A DNA stretch of 64,000 nucleotides, from positions 107,480,372 through 107,544,371 of the forward strand of contig NC_090382.1 of NCBI RefSeq assembly GCF_036365525.1. Direction: 5' to 3'. The position numbers and the translations under genes were made by a program. Source of the DNA: Heterodontus francisci (taxonomy: Eukaryota). Every line of letters starts with the position of its first letter. Within the stretch, counting starts at the first letter, position 1. This document shows positions 39,101 through 51,100 of this stretch, piece after piece. The notes under the pieces were generated by a model. That model was given only the letters and a program-made list of their open reading frames with translations, was not told the DNA's origin and made no database searches.

Positions 39101-42100
39101 TAAGGGCATCAAGGAGTATGGAGCAGGAGTTGAGGTACAGATCAGCCATCATCTAACTGAATGGCAGAACAGGCTCCAGTGGCTGTTTGGACTCTTCCTG
39201 TCCCTTTAGTCCTTTCATTCATTCATGAGATGTGGGCATTGCTGCCAAGGCCAACATTTGTTGCCCATCCCTAATTGCTCTTGAGTGGGTGATGGTGAGC
39301 CACCTTCTTGAACCGCAACAGTCCATGGCCATGTGGTGTAGATACACCCACAATGCTGTTAGGGAGGGAGTTCCAGGATTTTAACCCAGTGACAGTAAAG
39401 GAACAGTAAATGTAGTTCAAAGGCAGGATGGTGTGTGGCTTGGAGGGGGATCATGCAGGAGGCGATATTCCCATGCGCCAGCTACATTTGTCCTTCTAGG
39501 CGGCAGAGGCCATGGGCTTGGGAGGTGTTACTGAAAAAACCTTGGCAAGTTGCTGCAATGTATCTTGTACACACTGTTACCACCGTGTGCCAGTGATGGA
39601 GGGAGTGAATGTTTGAGGTGGTAGATGGGGTACCAATCAAGCGGGCTGCTTTGTCCTGAATTGTTTAAAGCTTCTTGAGTTTTGTTGGAGCTGCACTCAT
39701 CCAGGCAAGTGGAGAGTATTCCGTCACACTCCTGACTTGTGCCTTGTAGATCGTGGACAGGCTTTGAGGAGACAGGAGGTGAGTCATATGCCTCACAGAA
39801 TTCCCAGCCTCCGACTTGCTCGTGTAGCCACAGTATGTGTGTGGCTGGTCCAGTTAAGTTTCTGGTCAATGGTAACCCCCAGGATGTTGATGATGGGGGA
39901 TTCAGTGATGGTAATGCCATTGAATGTCAAATAGAGATGGTTAGATTCTCTCTTGCTGGAAATGATCATTGCCTGGCACTTAAGTGGCACAAATGTTACT
40001 TGCCAGTTATCAGCCCAAGCCTGAATGTTGTCCAGGTCTTGCTACATGCGGGCATGACTTTCAGTATCTGAGGATTCATATCCTTCAAAAGGGGGATTTT
40101 TTAATCACATTCGTACGAACAGCAGATCAAGAAAACTAAAACGTACTTTCGCAGCCTTCTAATCGGTGACGAGTGGCTGTTCCTGGGATCTCAGTTCCAT
40201 TCAGGTAAGTGCACCAACAATATCCAGTGCTCGGCCAACACTGCTTTGACTCATAATTGCCCTTCTCATCACAACTGGGGCGGAAGGCTCCAGGAACAAT
40301 CTGCGTCTCCTGGTGACGCTTCTCACATTCAGTGGCAACTGAACAAGGGAAAATAATGATTGCGTATTAATGGTGCTCTTCATATCCCAAGCTTCTCTGC
40401 TTGTAGCCTGCCTTCCGGATTTTAAAATTCTCACTCTTCTTTTCAAATTCCTCCATGGCCTCACCCCTCCCTATCTCTGTAACCTCCTCCGGTCCTACAA
40501 CCTTGTGAGATCTCTGCACTGCTCCAGTTCTGGCCTCTTGCTCATCCTCAATTTTAATCACTCCACCAGTGGCGTCCATTCCTTCAGCTACCTGGACCAC
40601 AAGGTCTGGAATTCCCTCTCTGCCTCTCTACCTCTTATGCTCCTTAAAAGCTACCTCTTTGACCAAGCCTGTCCCAATATCTCCTTATGCGACCTAGTGT
40701 CAAATCTTGTTTGATGATCACTTCTGTGAACCCCCTTAGGATGTTTTACTATGTTAAAGACACTATTTAAACGCAATTTGTTATTGTCACTTCCTCCATG
40801 TTAAACTTGATACCTCTGGGACTCCTTTCAAGGCACACATAATTGGGAGATGTTGCTGGAGCTGGGATTTGTAACTATACTGACTCCATGCTCTCCTAGT
40901 CAAATTGAAGTCAATGGGAATCGGGGGAAACTCTCCACTGGTTGGAGTCTTACCCAGCCCAAAGGAAGATGGTTGGGGCTGTTGGAGGCCAATCATCTCA
41001 GCCCCACGTCATCACTGCAGAAGATCCTCAAGATAGTGTCCTAGGTCCAACCTTTAGTTGCTTCATCAATGATCTTCCCTCCATCATAAAGTCAGAAGTG
41101 GGGATGTTTGCTGATGATTGTACCATGTTCAGTAGCATTCGCAACTCCTTAGATCCTGAAGCAGTCTGTGTTCAGATGCAGCAAGACCTGGACAACATTC
41201 AGGCTTGGGCTGATAAGTGGCAAGTAACATTCACACCGCACAAGTGCCAGGCAATGACCATCCACAATAATAGCAAATCTAACTAGCTCCCCTTCAATAT
41301 TGCGGAATCTCCCACTATCAACATTCTGGAGGTTCCCATTTACCAGAAACCGAACTGAAACGGCCACATAAATACAGTGGCTGCAAGAGCAAGTCAGAGG
41401 CTGAGGATTCTGTGGCGAGTAACTCACCTCCTGACTCCCCAAAGCCTGTCCACCATCTACAAGGCACAAGGCAGGAGTGTCATGGAAAATTCTCCACTTT
41501 CCTGGATGAGTTCGGCTCCAACAACACTCTGGATTCTTGGCACATCCAGGACAAAGCAGTCCACTTGATTGGCACCCAATCCACCAACTTAAACATTCAC
41601 CCCCTCCACCACCGAAGCACAGTGGCAGCAATGTGTACCATCTACAAGATGCACTGCAGCAACTCACCAAGGCTCCTTCGACTGCACCTTCCAAACTCAC
41701 GACCTCTTTCACCTGGAAGAACAAGGGCAGCAGACAAGTGGGAACACCACCACCTGCAAGTTCCCCTCCAAGCCACACACCATCCTGACTTGGAACTATA
41801 TCGCTGTTCCTTCACTGTCGCTGGGTCAAAATCCTGGAACTCCCTTCCTAACAGCACTGTGGGTGTACCTACCCCACATGGACTGCAGCGGCTCAAGAAG
41901 GCAGCTCACCACCACCTTCTCAAGGGCAATTAGGGTTGGGCAACAAATGCTGGCCTGGCCAGCGATGTCCATATCCCATGAAATGAATACTAAAAAAAGG
42001 AAATGCAATATTCTGAAGGCAGGGAGAGAGAGAGGTTGTATCCCAACATTCACGGTAAAAGTGAAGAGGGCATTGAGCATGTCTCCAGGGTGATAACAAA

Positions 42101-45100
42101 GAACTTAAGAGTTCCCTCTTGAGAGGGTGTAGAGGTGAAAATTCGTGCCTTAATCAGTCAATGGTGCAGCATTCTAGAACATTGCTGACAGTTGTCCTCG
42201 TGTGAGCCATTCCTTTGGATTGTAGCTTTCCATGGAATAAGCAGGACAGTCTTGAATTCAACAACGTGGAGACTTGGTGAGAGCAGTCTCATACCTCTGG
42301 GATAAAGTGGAACCCCGAAACTGGGCAAAAGTTTCCCCTCACTCACATATGATGTGAAATGAGCTTCCAGCAATTCTTCAGACCCCTGATTAATAAGTTA
42401 ACAGAAGCCCAGCATTGAATAATAGAAATGAAAGATGAATTAATATTGTAGAATTTTCCTTGATGGACATCAGGGAATATTTATACAGAACTTCCTTTTT
42501 TCAGGAGATTAAATGGGTCGGTAGAGTCCATGATAAGGTGGAGTGTACATGGGCTGTGAAAGGAGATTAAATGGGTGGGTAGAGTCCATGATAGGGTCGA
42601 GTGTACCTGGGCTGTGGGAGGAGATTAAATGGGTGGGTAGAGTCCATGATAGGGTAGAGTGTACATGGGCTGTGGGAGGAGATTAAATGGGTGGGTAGAG
42701 TCCATGATAGGGTCGAGTGTACCTGGGCTGTGGGAGGAGATTAAATGGGTGGGTAGAGTCCATGATAGGGTCGAGTGTACCTGGGCTGTGGGAGGAGAAT
42801 AAATGGGTGGGTAGAGTCCATGATAGGGTAGAGTGTACATGGGCTGTGAAAGGAGATTAAGTGGGTGGGTAGAGTCCATGATAGGGTAGAGTGTACATGG
42901 GCTGTGGGAGGAACATGGCTGATTTGCTTTTCTATACCCATGCTTACACTACAACAGTGACTACACTTCAAAAGTACTTTATTGGCTGTAAAGTGCTTTG
43001 AGACATCCAGTGGTCGTGAAAGGCGTCATATACATGCAAGTCATTTCTTTTTTTTTGTTTGCAGGATCACACGCTAAATACGATACAGAGGTTATGTTAC
43101 TGGACTCGTAATCAAGACATTTGAACAACTAATCTCAGTAACGTGACTTCAACTCCCACTACAGCAGTCTGAACATTGGAGTTTAATTTAAAAATATAAT
43201 CCTGAAAGGAAACACTGGTCTCAGTAAAAGTGACCATGAAGCTGTTCGATTATCATTGAAACCCAACTGGTTCACTAACGCCCCTTCAGCAAAGGAAACC
43301 TGCCGTCCTTACCTGGTCTGGGCCTATCTGCGTCTCCAGTCCTACACCAACATGGTGGACTCTTAATTGCCTTCAGAAGTGGCCTATCAAGCCGCTCAGT
43401 TTCTTCAAAGAATATCACATGGAGTGCAGGGGTTCAAAGAAGAAGGCCTACCATCATCTTCGCTAACAACTCCCAAACCCAAGAATGCATCATTATCACC
43501 CCTACAAAAATGGTGTCTATTGCTGTTTGTGACCGAAGTTGACTTTCTTTACTTTTGCATTTGGCAAAGCACGTGTGGATAGAACCGCGTTAGCTTTGCT
43601 GAATTATCAAATGGTCATCAGTGATGATTCAGAGCTTCTTGTGTCAACTGGTGTCAGCTTGGCTTTGTGGCTGTAGAACCTCATGGTAGAGCCATACAGC
43701 TTTAAGCACAGGAGGAGGCTATTCAGCCCATCTGGTCTGTACCCTCTTTGCGAGACCAATCCAACCTAAAACAAACAGCCAGGTTTTCTCTTATCGCCCT
43801 GTATTTTCAACATCAAGTATTTATCCAGTTTTTTCTTAGAAGCAATTGTCCCTGCCTCAACAATTCCCAGTGAAAGAAATTCCCACACTCCAGCTATGCT
43901 CTGCGTAGAGACATTTCTCCTAAACTCTCTTGCCATTGACTCCCGAACAGTAGGAAACAATCTTTCCCCTTCTCTTCTCCAGTGCAAATAGTCCCAATGT
44001 CTCAAGCCTCTCCTCATAATCTTACTCATCCCCAGTATCATTTTGGTGAATCTAGCCTGTACACATTCTATGGCTTTAGCCTGAAGCCCCACGTGCATGA
44101 TACAACACTAATGAAAGGTCACTGATCTGAAATGTTAACTCTGCTTCTCTCTCCACAGATGCTGCCAGACCTGCTGAGTATTTCCAGCACTTTCTCTTTT
44201 TATTTCAGACTTCTAGCATCCGCAGTATTTTGCTTTTACAAAACTAATGGAGTCGTTTGCTAATCATAGCAATCAATCGCTATCAATGAGTCTACAACAG
44301 AGCTGGACATGACATGAGGAAAACCCCCACTGGTGGAGAGCTTAGAGAACCAAAGGTCCAAAGTCCAATCCGCCCAAGCACTTTACACTCACCTCATGTC
44401 ATGCCTCAAAATTACTCATAGACTGTAGCAATGGTGGTGATCTGCTTACTTCCCATGCCTCCCGGTCCTGCGCTTTCCTCTTCAGTTGCTCCTGAAAGCC
44501 TCCCATTTTTTAACTTCCATGAGAAATAAACAATATGACTAGGGAAAAAGTACATGATGTGGTTTCCCGTTGCCTCATTCACGTGTGCTTTAAAGGAAAT
44601 ACAAAGCCTCTTCCTGAAGGATCCTCTGCCCAAAGCAGCCATTGTCCCTCAAGGTTTCAGCTCTTCCACCATCACCATGGAAAATTCACTGGTTCCGCCT
44701 TTGGCCATGGCTCGTAACCCTGAGCATGGGGCAACTCACCTGGGCCAACTCACAAAAGGGCAGGAAAGACCACCCCCTGAGGTCACAAATGACCCTGCTC
44801 TCCTATTAGACCCCCATATATAATTTTCTGAAAGAAATCTATCTACTTTTCATGTGACTGAATCTATTCTGTCTCCTTCCACCATCACCCTAGGGAGCCT
44901 GTTCCATAGATTGACCACTCGTTTGCTGAAATATTATTGCTTCCAAGGATTAGTTTTGAATTTTTTCCCTTTCAAACACAGGCCATGCTCTCTGGTTCTG
45001 CTGTACTGGACAATCTGATTGTGTGTGAGTGAAGAGTTTCCTGACACCATTCCAAAATTTGTCCTCCACCCAGTTTGAAACTGTTCCCCTTGTGCTAGTC

Positions 45101-48100
45101 TCATGGTTTCAGACGCCCAACCAGTGAACCACACTGGCCGTTCTCAATCCTGTGTTTCCTATGGATGAAACATTAGTTGCCATAGTTACCCCGTGATGCA
45201 CGCACAACTTTGGGAGCTTGGCCCTCCTTAGGGTCAGTTGACAACGGCAGGTTGACCATCATTGGTTTCATAGCTAAGCTTGAATATATCCTTCGCCCTG
45301 TTGCAAACAGAAATGATACAGCAGTTTCAAACATGTAGCATAATATTATAGTGAAATATTCCTCACCATTTATTGAGAGCGCGTTGGGATGGGTTGACGT
45401 GATTCGCCTTCTACACCCTTCACCCTCGGTGCTCGCTGACCTACATCGGATCTCAGTCCTCAGCTTTTAAAATTCTCACCCTTGTTTTCAAATACCTCCA
45501 TGACCTTGTCCCTCCCCATCTCTGAAACCTCCTCCAGCCTCACAACCCTCTTGAGATATCCGCACTCCTCCAATTCTGGCCTCTTGCACATCTCTGATTT
45601 TAACTGACCTGCCATTGGCAGCTGTGCCTGCAGCTACCTGGGCTCTAAGCTCTGGAATTCCCTCCCTAAACTTCACCACCTCTTTATCTCTATCTCCACC
45701 TTTAAGACGCTTCTTAAACCTACCTCCTGGTCCCAGTTTTTGGTCAGCTGTCCTATTATCACTCTATGTGGCTCAGCGTTAAATATTGTCTAATAACGCT
45801 CCTGTGAAATGTCTTGGTATATTTTACAATAATAAATATTCTTTTTTTAACGTAAATTGTTTTATATCCATGAACAATTTAAAGGAAAACGTTATGGCAA
45901 CCAAGCAGCAAGTGATGTACTTGAGAATGTTCTGTGAGTTTTTGAGCGTGGGAATCGCTCAGCACTTTCACCCCAGGTTCATACACTGGACCTTGTAGTG
46001 GGATCACTGCACAGGCCTGGCAATGACCTCATGGAGTCTGGTAAATGGGATTTCGCCTGTTGCCAGTTTGAAAGGATCAAGAACATTTGGGCCAAGGAGG
46101 ATGAGTTGGCATAGGGAGCAAGATAAATGGGCATCTGGGAGATGTGGAGGTTGCTCGGAAGGAAGGAAGCTACAGCTGTTCTGGGAGTAGAGGCCACATC
46201 GTAGGATCATAGGATCATACAGCAAGAAGGAGGCTATTCAGCCCATCGTGCCTCTTTGAAAGAGCTATCCAATTAGTCCCATGCCCACAGCTCCTTCCCC
46301 ATAGATTTTTCCTTTTCAAGTATTTAGCCAATCCAGGGATGAGCTAATCACCAAATAATTTGTGTCTTTTTAGTGATGTTGGTTGAGGGATAAATATTGG
46401 TCAGGACACCAGGAGAACTCCCCTGCTCTTCTTCGAAATAGTGCCAAACGATTTTTTATGTCCACCTGAGAGACTACATTTTTAAAGTACTTCATTGGCT
46501 TTGGGACATTATGAGATTGCGAATGCACTATATCAATACAAGTCATGTTTTGTAGCATTGATCCCTTAACTGAAATAGATTATGTGCTTGTGACCTCATT
46601 TTGTGGTTGTGGGAACTTGGTGTACGCACATTGATTGCATTACGTTGAGTGTGGCTCACTTTGGGATTCCCCAAAGATATGAAAGGCACTACATAAATCC
46701 AAGTTCTTTCTTTTTTTTCTCCGCATACTGAAGGTGCGCTAGCTGAGTGGGATGACAGCTTCAGGAGAAGAGGCGATAGAGAGCGAGGGCAGAAATTGTT
46801 GAGCTATGTGTTTGAGAAAGAGAAAGAATAAAATATATGACTGATACGTACCACTGGGGATGGGTTTGGGTTCAGGTTCAGGCTGGGGTTTGGGTGCGCT
46901 GGTTGGTGGAGTCTTCTCTTGTATGAGTTGGAAGAGAAGCCAGTTTCGGAGCCAAGATTCAAAGTCCTGTAAACAGTGCAGTTAAAGACAAACAATATAT
47001 CACATGATCAGTACCTAAGAATTTGGAACGGGCTCCTTCAAACTGAATTGTGGGGTTACTTTAAACTGGAGAATGAAATTTATTGTACTTGTTAAGTATG
47101 GAAGCACCTCTCATATCAAACTCAAACACTGAATTGCAACAGTTTCCTCAGTAAAGTCTTTAAAATTATGAAGGGATTCGATAAATGCAGAAAATATGTT
47201 TCCACTTTATCATGCAAAGGGTGGTAGAAGAGTGGAACTCTCTTCCACATAAAAGCAGCAGATGCTAAAATCTGAGAGCGATAGATTATTGCTAGCCTGG
47301 GGGATTAGGGGTTATGGAGCCAAGTAAGATGGATGCTATTAAGATACAGATCAGCATGTTCTCACTGAATAGCAGAACAGGCCTGAGGGATTGAATGTTC
47401 CTGTGCTGTGGGAATCCAAAACTGGAGGAAATCAATGTAAGGCAGTCACTAATAAATTCAATAACGAATTGCTACAATTGTACAGGGTTTTGGTGAGACC
47501 ACATCTGGAATAAAGGCCAGCTACCCAACCCGAACACGACGGGACCCGATGACATGTGTTGGGGTCGGGTCGCACTTCCGGTTCTGGCACTTGGGCTCGG
47601 GTCGGGTTGGGTTGGGCCGGACACGCTCTATCACAGGCAAGTGGCTTCTCTGTTAATTTACTTTTTGGGCTTGAAAGGTGGTTTTGTTACAGTTATTTTG
47701 AGCTTATGCAGATCAGCAACAAAGTGAAAAACGGATGGTAGGTTCACTGACGGTCGGGTCAGGTCTGGGTCGGGTGCGGGAAAAAATGGAAGGACTCGGG
47801 CTGGGGCGGGCTCGGGGTTGGACGTGGTTCTGTCAGGCTCGGGTCGAGTTTAATTTGCAGACTCGACCAAGCCTTTAATCTGGAATACTGTGTGCAGTTT
47901 TGGTCTCCACATTTAAGAAAGGATATACTTGCACTGGAGGCGGTGCAGTGAAGATTCATTAAATTGGTTCCTAGGATGAGGGGGTTGTCCTATGATGAAA
48001 GGCTGAGTAAATTGGGCCTATACTCTCTGGAGTTTAGAAGAATGAGAGGTGATACAATTGAGACATACAATATTATGAAGGAGCTGGATAGGGCAGACTG

Positions 48101-51100
48101 AGGGGGTAGAGATTGTTTCTGCTGCTCAGGGAATCTAGAACACGGGGGCACAGTCTCAGGATAACGGACCAATCATTCAGGACTGAGATGAGGAGAAATT
48201 ACTGCACTTAAAGGGTTGTGAATCTTTGGAATTCTCTACCCTATTTGGTTGTGGATGCTCCATCATTGAATACATTTAAGGGTGGGATAGATAGATTTTT
48301 GGTCTCACAGGGAATCAAGGGATATGGGGAGCGGGCAGGAAAGTGGAATTGAAGCCCAAGATCAGCCATGATCGTATTGTGTAGCAGAGCAGGCTCGATG
48401 GGCCATACAGTCTACTCTTGCTCCTATTTTTTATGTTCTTGTGAATTCAGGAGGAAATTCTTTACCCCGAGAGGGTGAGAATTTGGAACTCGCTACAACA
48501 AGGAGTGGTTGAGGTGAATGGCAGAGATGCATTTAAGGGGAAGCTGGATAAACACATGAGGGAGAAAGGTATAGAAGGCTATGCTGATAGGGTGAGATGA
48601 GGTAGGGGTGGGAAGAGGCTTATGTGGAACATAAATGCTGGCATGGATCAGTTGGGCCGAATGGCCTGTTTCTGTGCTGCACATTCGATGTAATTCTTTA
48701 TAACGAAGCTGTATCAACCACTAACCTGCCAATCGGATTCCTTCATGCTCTCTTTCAGCAGGTTGAAGTTGGCGGCAAAGGTGCTGTTAAATTCTGGAAT
48801 TTCCTCAGTTGTGTTCTCCTTCTGTCATTGAAAGATCAAGAAAATGTCATACTTTGCCATCTCTTCTACCAAAGATATAGTCAGACCATTGTTCAATTAT
48901 GTTAAATCTCCCGCTAAAGTAAAGTTGGTGCCACATTCAAACAGTCTTAAAGTCCATCGAACACTTTGTCTTTTCTCATGGTTGGGAAATTTGGATAAAT
49001 GATCAAAACCTTCAATACCTTGGGCCATTTTTCTACATTCAAGTCATGATATGAAAACATGTTGGTGCTATAGAGCCATTCGGCCCATCATGTCTCTGCC
49101 AGCTCTTTGAAAGAACTATGCAATTAGTCCCTGCAAATTTTCCCTTTTGAAATCACTTCTAAAAACCTTCGTAAATCACTGGTTTGGCCCCACAGCTCAA
49201 TCTTCACTTTATGAAGGATGTTAAGGCCTTGGAAAGGATGCAGAGGAGATTTACTAGAATGGATTTGGGGTTTAATAATTTCAGTTATGTGGAAAGACTC
49301 GAGAAGCTGGGATTGCCTCCTTGGAGGGGAGAAAGTTAAGGGAACATTAAATCGAGGGGTTCAAAATTACGAATGATTTTAATAGAGTAAATAGGAAGAA
49401 ACTGATTCCACTGGCAGCAGGGTTGGCAACCAGTGGGCACAGATTTAAGTTAACTGGCAAAAGAAACAGAGGAAAAATGAGGAGTTTTGGTTTACACAAG
49501 TTGTTATGATCTGGAATGCACTGCCTGAAAGGGCTGTGGAAGCAGATTCAATAGTAACTTTCAAAAGGGAATTGGATAAATATTTGAAAAGGAAAAATTT
49601 GTAAGGCAATGGGGAAAGGGCAAGGGAGTGGGACTAATTGGATAGCTCTTTCAAAGAGCTAGCATAGGCATGATGGGCCAAACAGCTTCCTTCTGTGCTG
49701 GATCTCTGTATGATTCTACAATAGCTTGGAAAGATTCCCTCTAACAGTACCTTCAGCAGCTCCTGCACTTGTTCCAGCAAAGTCAAAGGTTTAGCGGAAG
49801 TGGGTTTCGGAGCCTGTGAAAAAAACAATCACAAAAACAAATAAGATTTTTATTATATATTTAACCATCATAAGCTGCTCGCAAATCAAGATACATCATA
49901 ATGTCCTGGACAGATCCTGGCTGCAGCATCACACATCAGGATATACTGGCTCAGTGGGTAGCACTAGTGCCCATAAGTCAGCAAGTTGTGGGTTCAAATC
50001 CCACTCCAGAGACTCAGATATAAAATCTAGCCTGATGTGCCCAGGACTGAGGGAACACTACAGTGTCAGAGGTGCCCTCGTTCGGATATAACATTGAACC
50101 AAGGCTCCTCTCAGAGGCAGATTACAATAGATCCCACAGTGCTATTTTGAAAACGAGTAGGGTTGTTCTCTGTTTAAGCCTCAGATGAGGCTGTGAAAGG
50201 TTCTGTGCAAGTACAAGCTCTTCCTTCTTCCCATTGTTTAACACACTGTGCAGGTGGTCGTGATCGAAAGCCCGAGTGCATCCACCCTAAAATAAACACC
50301 AGGTAAAAATAACTGAAAATGGGTGGGGATGCCCCAAATTGGTGAAATTAGATGTTCTGATCTTAGCTGAAGAAACTGCAGTCGGTTCCTCCTACTCCTC
50401 AATCAGTATATGAACAGGGCAATTGTGTTGCAGATTAAATGGAGAACTTTGAACAGTAAGAAACCCTGTTATCTGGAGGATTAGTGGCAGTATGAGTGCA
50501 GAAAATAATGGGGACATTACAAACATCCCACCTTACAAAGTTTCTCCAAGTCTCTCGGAGTCTGGATCCAGCACTTAATACAAGGTGGTACCACACCAAT
50601 CATTCAAGATCCTAACTGAGGGAACACCCACTTCACAGTGGTGGAGCTTGGCTTGACCGACTGCTATGGGGGGGAAGGGGGAGTAGAGGGCGTTGCTGCA
50701 TTTGATATTTGGCCAACTTGGCGGGGAGGGAAACTGAGTTGGGAATTGGGAACCATGGAGAATGCTGACTGAAACCAGTTGGAAAACAGAGCCAGAAAGC
50801 CACATGGGCCTGCAGGCAAACCTAGAGCCTGAAGACAGGAGTGGGCAGACAGAGGGAGGGAAATAGAGGAGTTCCTCCAAAGCTATGTTGGCCAACATCA
50901 AAATTATGACCTTTCCCTCCACTGACCCCTTAACCCCTTGCTATGCTGGTACTAGGTTGATTTGACTCCACCGAGCTTCCAGTAGGATTTAGGGCAAGGG
51001 GTCTGTTGGAACAGGAACCCCATTTCGGGACCCTTGTATTTACATAATGCTTTATCTCATTCTCAGAACATCTCCATGCCCCATGAGTTCGTTTTGAAGA

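Larger units (their letters stand above)
47160..49720 (+). mobile_element. Cluster of CR1 3' fragments in CD74 introns 4-5 (exon 5 lies between them)
   Basis: agaccacatctggaatactgtgtgcagttttggtctcc, ctggagtttagaagaatgagaggtga and CR1 3' UTR motifs. Confidence 0.7.

Noticed and set aside
42504-42912. Regularly spaced repeats as a CRISPR-like array
   Set aside because: The units are contiguous with no unique spacers, in a vertebrate intron; this is a minisatellite.
44390-44740. Candidate third CLIP-like or linker exon in intron 7
   Set aside because: The phase-compatible frame hits a stop, and the QEQLKRKAQDREAW segment looks like an RTE-type LINE 3' remnant.
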